Shown piece by piece: positions 1 through 11,900 of a DNA stretch of 64,000 nt. The position numbers and the translations under genes are program-made. Below the pieces are notes generated by a model. That model did no database searches, had not been told where the DNA came from, and was given only the letters and a program-made list of their open reading frames with translations. Each line of letters starts with the position of its first letter. The stretch's first letter is position 1. The DNA comes from Octopus sinensis (taxonomy: Eukaryota): assembly GCF_006345805.1 (NCBI RefSeq), contig NC_043006.1, positions 6,076,001 through 6,140,000 of the forward strand. Reading direction: 5' to 3'.

Positions 1-130
1 ATTTATCGACCCCGAAAGGATGAAAGGCAAAGTCGACCTCGGTGGAATTTGAACTCAGAACATAGTGACAGACAAAATACTGCTAAGCGTTTCGCCCAGC
101 GTGCTAACCACTCTGCCAGCTCGCCGCCGT
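1..130 (-). mobile_element. tRNA-derived SINE, family A (partial)
   Basis: Shares GACCCCGAAAGGATGAAAGGCAAAGTCGACCTCGGCGGAATTTGAACTCAG with copies near 5370-5600, 6420-6633, 9580-9780, 10730-10940, 12996-13210, 16450-16667, 19432-19640, 47497-47727 and 52107-52346. Confidence 0.85.
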
Positions 131-734
131 TCAATATATTAAAAGCCCAACTGTTTAGACTTGGGTCAGCCCAAATCAAATAATCCTATGTTCAAAGACT
201 TTCCAGCCATGACTATTTCCTCTTATTTCTTTTTCAAACAATATAGGTATGGCTATGTGACTAAGAAGTCTGCTTTCCAATTAGGTAGTTTTGGTTTCAG
301 TGCCACAGTGTGACATCCTGAGAAAGTGTCTTCTATAGCTCTAGACCAACCAGTGCCATATAAGTGGATTTAGTAGAGAAAAATCGAAAGATGCACAGTG
401 TACCTATGTGCAGGTGTGAGATTATTTACATTCACACCTTTCTGGAAAGTTCAAGGTATTGTCATTATTTCTTGCCGTAACAAATCGCCCACTGGTCTTA
501 CACCGAAAAACAATCAAAAGTCAGTGACTGGGAGGGCATCTGGCTGTAAAACATTGGTTCTGTAATATATTCATCCAAAAATGGATGCAAAAATACAAAT
601 GTATCCTGGACTATTCAATGTGTCACTCCTTTTTTTAATGCAATAAAAGCTGCTCTTCTAATAGGTTCAACAATTGCATAGGAGCACTTTTACTGGTGCT
701 ACTGAGTATTAAGTGTTTTGTATACAGCTCATTC

Positions 735-1048
735 GTGGAGGCCCAGTGGTTAGGGCAGCGGACTCGCGGTCGGTAGATTACGGTTTCGATTCCCAGACCG
801 GGTGTTGTGTGTGTTTATTGAGCAAAAAATACCTAAATGCTCCATGAGGCTCCGGCAGGGAGTGGTGGCGACCCCTGTTTTACTCTTTTGCCCCAACTTT
901 CTCTCTCTCTCTTCCTGTTTCTTGAGTAACACTGCGATAGACTGGAGTCCTGTTCAGCTGGGGAAAACACATATGCCACAGAAACCGGGAAACTGGGCCC
1001 ATGAGCCTGGCTAGGCTTGAAAAGAGCGACGTTTGTCTTTTTTTTTTT
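735..1048 (+). mobile_element. tRNA-derived SINE with 14-bp TSD
   Basis: A-box/B-box head (CAGTGGTTAGGGCAGCGG...GGTTTCGATTCCC) and T-rich tail. TATACAGCTCATTC is repeated at 721-734 and 1049-1062. Confidence 0.85.
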
Positions 1049-1166
1049 TATACAGCTCATTCTAAGTTTAAATTTTAATAACTTTGATGTAACAGTTAAC
1101 AGTATTTGATAAAAAATAGAAAAACTAAAGTTAGGGGTTCAACAGAATATCACAAAGTCTTCTTAC

Positions 1167-2033
1167 CTTTTCTTTATTTAAACCCATCTGTGCTGCCCTC
1201 CACCGAGCAAGGGTTGTCCTTAGAACAGAAAGTACAAGACATAATCATCATCACATTTACAGCATGTTCCTTGAACTTATAAGGTTATACAAGGAAACTG
1301 TTCAATAGCAAAAACACAAAGAATTTAATCCAATTATCAACATATATCTAGATTATATATAAGTGAAGGCGCATGGCTCAGTGGTTAGAGCGTCGAGCTT
1401 ACGATTGTGAGGTTGTGAGCTCGAATCCCGGACCGGGCTGGGTGTTGTGTTCTTGAGCAAGGCACTTTATTTCACGTTGCTCCAGTTCACTCAGCTGTAG
1501 AAATGAGTTGCGACGTCACAGGTGCCAAGCTGTATCGACCTTTGTCTTTCCCTTGGTTAACACTGGTGGCGTGGAGAGGGGAGGCTGGTATGCATGGGCG
1601 ACTGCTGGCCTTCCATAAACAACCTTGCCCGAACTTGTGTCTAGGAGGGTAACTTTCTAGGTGCAATCCCATGGTCATTCATGACCGAAGGGGGGTCTTT
1701 ATCTAGATTATAAACAATATTCTCTTTCTTTCTCTTTACTGCACACATTTTCTCACATACTCCCATTACATATACATACATATTAACAATATATACACAT
1801 ACATATTTGCATTGTATACACATACATAATCACTTTATAGTCACACATATATATTCACATTATACACACACACACATATATTTTCACATTATACACATAT
1901 ACATTCAGTTTATCTACACATGCTTATTCTTTGAAAATCTGTTGCTCACTAATATTTTCTTAGAGGCAGAATGGATGCAATAGTTTTCATAAAAGTTACA
2001 GAAAGTATTTTCACAACTGAATAACTATGAATA

Positions 2034-2094
<61 letters not shown>

Positions 2095-5000
2095 ATACAT
2101 ATATATATACATATGTATATATACATACATATACATATATATACATATATATACATATATATACATACATATACATATATATACATATATACATACATAT
2201 ACATATATATATATACATATATATACATATATATATATACATATATATACATATATATATATATAATATATATATATACATATATACACATATATATACA
2301 CATATATATATACACATATATATATATATATATAATATATATATATACACATATATACACATACATATGTATGTGCTAACATGCAAGTATGAATGTTGAT
2401 ATTTTATTTGAGCTATACAATGGTGATGTTTACATTAAAAACCTGTGGAATATAAAAATCCCTTTCTTGAAGAAACCAGGTATGGTTTGTCGACAGAAAG
2501 AGCATCTGGCCATAAAAATGCTGCTTGAAAATCAATTCTCTTTCAAGAAATACCAGCATCAAAAAACGGACATTGAATGACCAAGCAAACAATATGTATG
2601 TGCCATTCCTCAAAACCAAAATAAATAAATGTTTGTTCCTTCTTAAGCCATGCCTGGCTCATAAGGGCCGGTTTCCCGGTTTCCTTGGTGTATAGGTTCC
2701 CCACCTGGACACGACACCGGTCCGTCGCAGGTGAGCTGCAAAATGCAGGAGGAAAGAGTGAGAGAAAGTTGTGGCGAAAGAGTCAGCAGAAGTTCGCCAT
2801 CACCTTCTGCCAGAGTCGCGTGGAGCTTAGGTATTTCACTCATAAACACACACATTGCTCGGTCTGAGATTCGAACCCGCAATCCCTCGACCGTGAGTCC
2901 GCTGCTCTAACCACTAGGCCATGTGCCTTCACAAAATGAATAAAGCCCAAGCAAATTCCAAAGGTAAATGTGATCATTTGATTCCAAGTATAAGAGAAAG
3001 CCAATATATTTCTATGGACTGAAGCACAATGAAACTGAAAGTGAATATTTGAATTTATGACATCCCAAACTTCTCTTATGACCCAAACCAAAACTGTATG
3101 ATGCAGTAATTATTAGAATTAATAACAGTATTTGATGCAACATGATAGGGAATATTTCGGTAATACTTACATTGCCTTCTCGCTATTACGTGCCTGTAAA
3201 AGAAGCAAAAAGACAAAACACTTAAAACGTTTCTGTAACTCTTTCCATATTAGAATTTTAACCAATAAAACATTTAGTAATCATACAATATTTTCACAAC
3301 TTTTTAGAAAATAAGTTTGTGTATATCTCAGGAAGTTCTGTGTCCAAGACATCAGAACTCAACTCGTCTGATCACCCGGCAGTTGCCAGTGCTGCTGGAC
3401 TGACTCCTGTGCAGGTGGCAAGTAAAGAAACGCCGTTTCGACCCTGTGCTTGAGGAGACCTATTGAGTCAAGTACATCAACATCAAAAATCAATGGAAAT
3501 TGTAGTTGTGATCCCTGTGCCGGTGGCACGTAAAAAGCACCATCCGAACGTGGCCGATGCCAGTGCTGCCTCGACTGGATTCTGTGTCGGTGGCACATAA
3601 AAAGCCCCAATCCGATCATGGCCATTGCCAGCCTCACCTGGCACCTGTGCCGGTGGCACGTAAAAAGCACCTGCTACACTCTCAGAGTGGTTGGTGTTAG
3701 GAAGGGCATCCAGCTGTAGAAACACTGCCAGATCAGACTGGAGCCTGGTGCAGCCTTCTGGCTTCCCAGATCCCGGCTGAACCATCCAACCCATGCTAGC
3801 ATGGAAAACGGACGTTAAACGATGATGATGATGATATTCACTTTTCTGTAGCCAACATAGATTCATACTAGTATCTTCTGATTTTTTTTTTCTTCTTCTT
3901 TCAGCTCTTACAGTACTTTTGCTGTTTACTGCTGTAATCTTTACAATCTCATGGTACCTTATAATTTTACAGTACCTAGGTGAGCTCAGCTATAAACACA
4001 GAGCAGAAATAGTGGTTGGGTCCAACAGCCAGTGCTTCAGCTGGTAGTGTAGCACTTGCTTTAATACATGCAAAAACAGAAATTGACAATACTGTTCATG
4101 TGTTTTTTGCAAAACTTTCGATGGAGCATTAAATGTTACAGTCCCTAATATCATTCAGAGATTTTTCTGCAAAAGTTTCACAAGACCAATAGCAGAAAGG
4201 GCCAAAACTAAAGTCATTCTAGGTACAATTGAGAAGAACCTCAAAGATATTAACATGTTTTATGGGTGTAAAGCCACTGTCAGTGCTATACTGTACTATA
4301 GTGTAACTACCAGTACTCTACGGTACAGTAAAGCCCTTCTGTTAGTTGTACACTGAGACACTGCTTATAAGCCCGTTATTAGGGTGTCGGCATCATGAGT
4401 ATAAGATTGTGGTTTCGAATCCTGGACCAGGCGACATGTTGCATTCTTGAGCAAAACACTTCATTTCACGTTGATCCAGTCCACTCAGCTGGCAAAAATG
4501 AGTTACGCTGCGATGGACTGGCATCTCATCCAGCGGGGGAACACATACACCATAGAAACCGGCCCCATGAGCCTGACAAGGCTTTAAAAGGGCGCATTTA
4601 TCTATTATTTTAATAAGGACTTATGTAAATTGGGGCCTTCTTTTTCTGTCCACGAAGATATACACAGCGCCAACATATGTCTATTACATACACGCTAAAA
4701 CCTATAGATACATTCTGTGACCACAATAATATACAAGATTTAATCAAAACAGCCGTCAACACACAAGTGGATTTCTTTATTATCCATAAATGGCTATACA
4801 TAGATGGGACATTACAACGCATTGGGGACACAAAACATCAAAAATTGTCGAATGATAGGATGGAAAAAAGGGTGACAGATGAGAGGTGAAAGTAATGTTA
4901 ACTGCCCCATCCGTCAACACGCAAGTGATTGACTGATGGAGCCAGTGTTTAACGGTGCCTCATATATGCAAATCGTTTCAATTTACCTAAGCCATTAGTA

Positions 5001-5760
5001 ATAGTAGCAGTGTCTTTTAAGACAGTTAAAGGGGGAACTCAGTCGTTTATAAAATCGAACTCGAGATTGAAACTGGTCCGGCTGATTTTTTTTTTTTTTT
5101 TTTTTCTACCGACAAAAATATTTCATTGAGAAGGCAAGGTATTAACATGTGTCTATTACATATAATTTCAGCTAAAATCTGAAGATATATGTGAGGTATA
5201 TTTGCCATCTCAATCTCATTTAGAGATTTATTATTGTCTGTAGATATATTCCGAAGAAAAGGACAGAACTGAAACAAAACATTAATGCAGCCAAAGTGTG
5301 TGGAAGTTTTCAAAATACTATGAGATACATTATGGTAAGCACCGTTGTTGTATCTATTTGAAACAGATCTATTTCTTTACTACCCACAAGGGGCTAAACA
5401 CAGAGAGGGGACAAACAAGGACAGACAAACGGATTAAGTCGATTACATCGACCCCAGTGCGTAACTGGTACTTAATTTATCGACCCCTAAAGGATGAAAG
5501 GCAAAGTCGACCTCGGCGGAATTTGAACTCAGAACGTAACGGCAGATGAAATACGGTTACACAATTCGCCCGGCGTGCTAACGTTTCTGCCAGCTCACCA
5601 GATCTGCTACCAGGAATTATAGGATTAACAAAGAATCCCTTAAAAACGTGTACAAAGGTAAATAATGAGCACCACCACGTCACCGAAAAGCAAGTAAAAC
5701 TATTTTAGTAAAGAAAGAAAAAACGTAGAGAGAAATGAACAATTGAAATGTACAAACCAT
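1167..5760 (-). CDS. ISY1: Pre-mRNA splicing factor ISY1, 5' part (first three coding exons; gene continues off the left edge)
   Basis: Minus-strand exons 5758-5760 (ATG|gtttgt, least certain), 3171-3193 (23 nt, ARNSEKAM) and 1167-1218 (52 nt, [17 protein letters not shown]) have GT-AG sites and join in frame to [19 protein letters not shown], the ISY1 N-terminus. Confidence 0.9.
1363..1700 (+). mobile_element. tRNA-derived SINE
   Basis: TGGCTCAGTGGTTAGAGCG...TCGAATCCCGG head; TATCTAGATTATA occurs on both flanks. Confidence 0.8.
2037..2370. repeat. Compound (TA)n/(TACA)n microsatellite
   Basis: Seen directly; it produces the spurious YI-repeat ORFs in the track. Confidence 0.95.
2640..2931 (-). 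mobile_element. tRNA-derived SINE (same family as 60598-60890 on +; related copy at 26670-27072)
   Basis: GTGAAGGCACATGGCCTAGTGGTTAGAGCAGCGG head; near-identical body in the 60598 copy. Confidence 0.85.
3360..3835 (+). mobile_element. RTE-type LINE 3' UTR fragment (most abundant repeat in the window)
   Basis: GTGCC-ggt-GGCACGTAAAAAGCACC subrepeats, GGAAGGGCATCCAGCTGTAGAAAC, and a CCCATGCTAGCATGG...(GAT)n tail. Other copies lie near 7130-7690, 11035-11305, 13995-14385, 16085-16385, 17030-17585, 18455-18760, 19035-19277, 22010-22228, 31700-32182, 43445-43713, 51200-51567, 56645-56808, 57397-57685 and 61727-61949. Confidence 0.85.
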
Positions 5761-5971
5761 TTTTCTTTTGTTTCTTTTTTTATAAGATTATCTTATATCA
5801 AATGTAGAATGTCTTCATTGCGTTAAAAGAGTTTCTTTGTTGATTTGTTTCAAAGAATTCATTTTGGGGCCCACAAGTTCTGGATGGAAGAAACGGTGTC
5901 CGGTGACACCGGGGGATTACCTGCCCTGGAAGGTAGGAGTCTTCTGTCAAAGGAAACCACAAAGGTCGGGC
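5761..5971. promoter_or_regulatory. Probable bidirectional promoter / 5' UTRs between ISY1 and GTPBP10
   Basis: Only 211 bp separate the inferred divergent start codons, and the segment is locally richer in GC and CpG. The TSSs are not visible from sequence. Confidence 0.6.
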
Positions 5972-8900
5972 ATGGTGCGACTGACGCGAGTCTTGGGTTA
6001 TTTCGTCGGATCCAGAAATAAACTTGTAAGATGGACTTTATTATTTACGGAATCATACAAATAACTTTAATCTCGAAAGAAGAAAAATTGGTACTACTTG
6101 AGAACAGTGGTCCCGGTGCGCGCACTCGCGCATCCGCGTTAGCTAGACGTTAGTAGTCGATCCTACCCTAACCTTAGTTTGTTTATAAAAATAATTTATT
6201 TACTTAGTTTAAAAAATTATTTAGGATCGACTACTTACGTCTAGCTAGCGCGCACGGGGACCACTGTTCGCTAGTAGTACCAAGAAGAAAAATTAATTTA
6301 TGTCACTCTTAGTGCCAAATACTTTATTTTGTTGTTATTTCATATACATTAATGTTACAGAAATCTGAAGGTCGATGCTAACTTTCCAACCTTAGTCTAT
6401 CAAAGACTTAAATCCCAAAAACGTTAGCACGCCGGGCGAAATGCGTAGCCGTATTTCGTCTGCCGTTACGTTCTGGGTTCAAATTCCGCCGAAGTCGACT
6501 TTGCCTTTGATCCCTTCGGGGTCGATAAATTAAGTACCAATTACGCACTGGGGTCGATGTAATCGACTTAATCCGCTTGTCTGTCCTTGTTTGTCCCCTC
6601 TGTGTTTAGCCCCTTGTGGGTAATAAAGAAATAGAATTAAATCCCAAGAGAAGTTGGAGGAACCTTTAGCTTGATTAACTTTTATGTTCATTAGCTGACA
6701 AAATTCTGCATACCTCTAAACACAACTGTGCATGTTTTGAATATATAAAGTTGTTATTAAAGTAAAAGCGAAAATGAGATACGTTTGTGCTTGAGTTAAT
6801 TAGAATGACAATGGCATTGTAGGTTATGTGTAAGAGGCTTGATCAGTTCGAACATAAAACTGAATATTTATGCTGGATATGGCCGGTTTGAATACTAAAG
6901 AGCTAAACATAGAATCGGAGTGGGTTTCATCCTGAGATGAAATCTACAATTCCGTCAGATATTTAAGTCAGTCAGCTATACGTAGATGTTTTCTTGTTGG
7001 GCCTTAAATGTCGTATATACTGGTTTGAAAATTTAGGCATTTGCATAAAACTACAACAGAAAATCAAATTTAGGTCAGCCACGAGATTATCTACCTGTCT
7101 GCAGCTTATCTTTTTATGTCTGTTGTGCCTTCATCATCATCGTTTAACGTCCGCTTTCCATGCTAGCATAGGTTGGACGATTTTGACTGAGGGCTGGCGA
7201 ACCAGAAGGCTGCACCAGGCTCCAATCTTGATCTTGCAATGTTTCTACAGCTGGATGCCCTTCCTAACGCCAAACACTCCGAGAGTGTAGTGGGTGCTTT
7301 TTACGTGCCACCGGCACGGGGGCCAGTTAGATGGTACTGGCAGTGACCTCGCTCGAATCTTTTTACACATGCCATCCGCACAGGTGCCAGTAAGGTGATG
7401 CTGGTAACGGTCACGCTCAAATGGTGCACTTTTATGTGCCAACGGCACGGAAGCCAGTTGGCTGCTCTGGCAACGATCACACTCAGATGGTGCTCTTGGC
7501 ACCCTACTAGCACGGGTACAAGTGCCAGTAAAGTGATGCTGGTAACGATCACACTCGAATGGTGCCTTTCATGTGCCACTGGCATGGAAGCCGGTTAGCC
7601 ACTCTGTCAGCGATCACACTCGTATGGTGCTCTCTTTGCACCCCGCTCGTACGGATGCCAGTCATCGAATATGAGTTTGATTTTGATTGCCTTGTGACCT
7701 TAAAATTATATTCGTTGTTCATATACTTGGCAACATATCCAGAAGAAAAAAATGAGTGTAATGTTAGGAGATTGGATGACAGGAGATAAAATAGGTTTGA
7801 TGTAAATGAAGGATATTTTGGTTTCTTGTGGGTTGATATAAAGAAGTTAATCTTCCCCTAATCCCTTCGAAGTTGGACATAGGAAGAATGTTATTTTGTT
7901 ACTTTCTGTTGGAATCCTGCTACAGTCAACCTGATCAAATTTTGACTTTCTACTGAAATGTTGATGGCAGTTTCAGTAAAGGATTGGACCAGTATATTAT
8001 CACCAAGTCTGCCTTTGTCTTTCATCTTTCTGAGCTAAATAAAATAAACAACCATCGATGCAGATTTAATCAACTGTTTTGTCCCAAATTTGTGGCCTTT
8101 TCTTAGAAATCATCATCACCATTATTCCAGCTTACCATTTTTTTAAACTTGAAACAAAACTTACACTTTGTATATATTTTCCTCATTCTAGATAAATAAA
8201 ACTGGCTTCATCGACACCCTCCGAGTATATGTGAAAGGTGGTGGTGGAGGGCAAGGGTTCCCTCGTTTGGGAGGAGTTGGCGGTGCAGGTGGTAGTGTAA
8301 TTCTGGAGGCAGATAAACAACAAAACTTGAAACAGCTAAAACAGAAATATCCTTCAAAACGGTTTATTGCCGGCAATGGAAAAAATAGCACGTAAGTTTG
8401 TCCAACTTGATATATTACAGAAAAAGTAAAATAACACAGGAGATATTAAAATCTTGTTTAACATAACACAGGGTGGACCAAAATGATCCGACACATTTGG
8501 AGGCTTAATAAAAGCACAAAATAAGAAATTATAAAAAGAAAAATTTTATTTCCTGAATGTACATATAATGCCATTTTATTTTATTTACACCAAAATGTGT
8601 GCTTTATCAGAGTTTGGCATTTAGGGCCCATCCTTTTTCAAAACGACAATGGTACAGTGACTTACTTCTGAGCGATATTGTGTGTTGCTAAACACTTTTT
8701 TAAGAACCAAATTGGTTGAAATTAAAGATAGAAATAATGTTTGGTTTCAACGGGATGGAGCAGCAGCGCATACTTCCAGACATTCATTGGGAATTTTAAG
8801 GGAGTTGTTCCCTGATCATTTGATTTCTTTGCGCGGTGATCTTGGTTGGCCCGCAAGATCTGATTTGAACCCGTGTGATTTCTTCTTGTGGGGATATTTA

Positions 8901-11900
8901 AAATCAAAAGTATTCACTCATTGCCCGCGATTTATTGATGAATTAAAATGTGCAATTTGTGTAGAAATAGCAACCATTCCAGAAGAAATGATCCATAGAG
9001 TTATCGATAACTTTCATGAATGTAGGCATAGGAGTGGCTATGTGGTAAGTTGCTTGCTTACGAGCCACATAGTTCCGGGTTCAGTCCCACTGCGTGGCAC
9101 CTTGGGCAAGTGCCTTCTACTATAGCCTCGGGCCGACCAAAGCCTTGTGAGTGGATTTGGTAGATGGAAACTGAAAGAAGCCCATCGTGTATATGTTTGT
9201 GTGTGTCTGTATTTGTCTCCCCAACATCGCTTGACAACCGATGCTGGTGTGTTTACGTCCCCGTAACTTAGCGGTTCGGAAACAGAACCCGATAGAATAA
9301 GTACCAGGCTTACAAAGTCCTCGGGTTGATTTGGTTGACTAAAGGCGGTGCTCCAGCATGGCTACAGTCAAACGACTGAAACAAGTAAAAGAGTCTCCAA
9401 CAGTGTGTTGACAATGATGGGAAGCATTTAGCTGATTTAATTTTTGAAACTTAATGAAATAAAATGGCATTATATGTACATTCAGAAAATACAATTTTTC
9501 TTTTCATTATTTCTTATTTTGTGCTTTTATTAAGCCTCCAAATGTGTCGGATCATTTTGGTCCACCCTGTATTAGTTTCAAATTTTGGAACAAGACCAAC
9601 ATTTCTGGGGTAGGGGTAAGTCGACTACATTGACCCCAGTGCTCAACTGGTACTTATTTTGTCAACCTTGAAAGGATGAAAGGCAAAGTCAACCTCAGCA
9701 GAATTTGAACTCAGAACGTAAAGACGAAATGCTGCTAAGCATTCAGCCCAGCATGCTAAGGATTCTGCAAACTCATCACCTTCTTGTTTAACATAATATT
9801 GGCCACATGTTCACATGCCAGAATGTCATGTAGTATAACATGTGGATCCATGCTATATAATATCTGTAGCAGACACTTGTTATAATGGCATATACTGTGT
9901 GAGTGTAATCTGCAACCTCATCTTGACCCTTTAGCATATTTGGACCCAATATGGCTGGTCTAAATACTAATGTGTTAATTCACAGGTGAAAGTCTCACAT
10001 ATTGTGTTTACATATATTTTTTAATAATATATTATTATTATTAATATAAGGAAATTAATATCCAAACTCATCATGAAGATATACCCATGTGAAAGAACTT
10101 ATTGTATTAAAAATATATATAAATAAATTAATATAAAAATATAAATATAATGTATAAAATAAATTTGATAGTTTAAAAGTTTTGAATTAATTATTATTGT
10201 GTTTATACCTTTAGAAAGACATGCAGACCATAATTCCTATTGACACTTCCCTTAATTGTCTAATCAAATTAAGAAATTATTTAAATATTAGCATGATTTG
10301 TTTTTTTTTAATTTGCTTTTTGGTTATTTCATTATTCAGGAAAAGGGTTATAATTGCAAGAAATGGTTCTGAGTTAAAAGTAAAAGTACCAATTGGTATT
10401 TCAGTAGAATCTGATCATGGAAGACTAATTGGTAAGAATGAACCAATCTATTTTTTATAAGCCTTGTAAATCTTTTACCATCAGTCATTTTCATAAACCA
10501 AGTTTTGTTAAAGTATTATTATGTTCTACTAATTAGTGCTAGAGTTTTATAAATCTATAAACCATTTTCTCTGCCTTGGCATTAGGAAGGGCATCCAGCT
10601 GTAGAAACTCTGCTAGATCAAGATTGAAGCCTGGTGCAGCCATCTGGTTCACCAGCCCTCAGTCATTCGTCCAACCCATGCTAGCATGGAAAGCGGACAA
10701 TAGACGATAAACGAACAAACATATTGATTTCAAATTTTGGCACAAGAGCAACAAATTCAGGGAGGGGAATAAGTCAATTACATCAACCCCAGTGCTCAAC
10801 TAATACTTATTTTTATCAACCCTGAAGGGATGAAAGGCAAATTCAACCATGGCAGAATTTGAACTCAGAATGTAAAGACAGACGAATTACTGCTTAGCAT
10901 TTTTGCCCAGCATGTTGATGATTCTACCAGCTCACTGCCTACCTCTATGTTGCAAGAAGATTCAGTTTCTCAATTCTAGGGTATGTCTTAATGCATCTTC
11001 ATGCATATTTGGAAGTGCACATATATTTTCAAATAGCGCCGCCTGGCTGGCGTCTGTGTTGGTGACACGTAAAAGCACCAACCGATCATGGCCGTTTGGC
11101 AGCCTGCTCTGGCCCCTGTGCTGGTGGCACGTAAAAAACACCCACTACACTCACGGAGTGGTTGGCGTTAGGAAGGGCATCCAACTGTAGAAACACTACC
11201 AGATCAGACTGGAGCCTGGTGCAGCCTCCATGGCTTACCAGACCCCGGTCGAACCGTCCAACCCATGCTAGCATGGAAAATGGATGTTAAATGATGATGA
11301 TGATGAATTCAAAGATTCGGCTTCCATCATCAGCCTGGGTTGGATAGTTTGAACCTGGCAAGCTGCAAAGCCCATGTAAGCTTTGGCATGTTTCTGCAGC
11401 TGGATCTTCTTCCTAATGCTAAACACTTTATAGAGTGTACTAAGTGCTTTTTGCATGCCACCAGCCCTAATGAGATTCCCGCATAACTTGTAAGACAGTA
11501 AAAGAACAAGGAAAAGCTCCCACTACTAGGTGAGGAGTATCTGAGAAGGAAAGATGGCTTTGTGCCAGGTGTTGAAAGGCTAAAGTATGACAGATGGTCA
11601 AGCACAGGTGTCTTGCTTTGGAAGGGATGCATGGCTGAAGGAGATAAAAGGAAGGTTATGATGAAGTGTCAAAGCAAACTCATCAAAGCACAAGAGAGAG
11701 TATGGACAGTGGGTTGTGGGAGGGGAGGATAGAGTGGACCCTTTCATAATGGTTAAAGACAGGTACAGAGGTGAATATAGTAATGAACAAGGGTGGGGGT
11801 GCAGTATAGAGGGGAATGAAGCAAGTGATAGGAGTGACTCAAGAAGCGGAATAGATCAGAAAGCAGTGGGAGGATCTGCAAGGTGTAGGAGCAAGAGAGA

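Noticed and set aside
1949-2386. Long YI/VC-repeat ORFs here and at 32297-33362, 34364-34724 and 38016-38657
   Set aside because: They are translations of (TA)n/(CA)n microsatellites, not genes.
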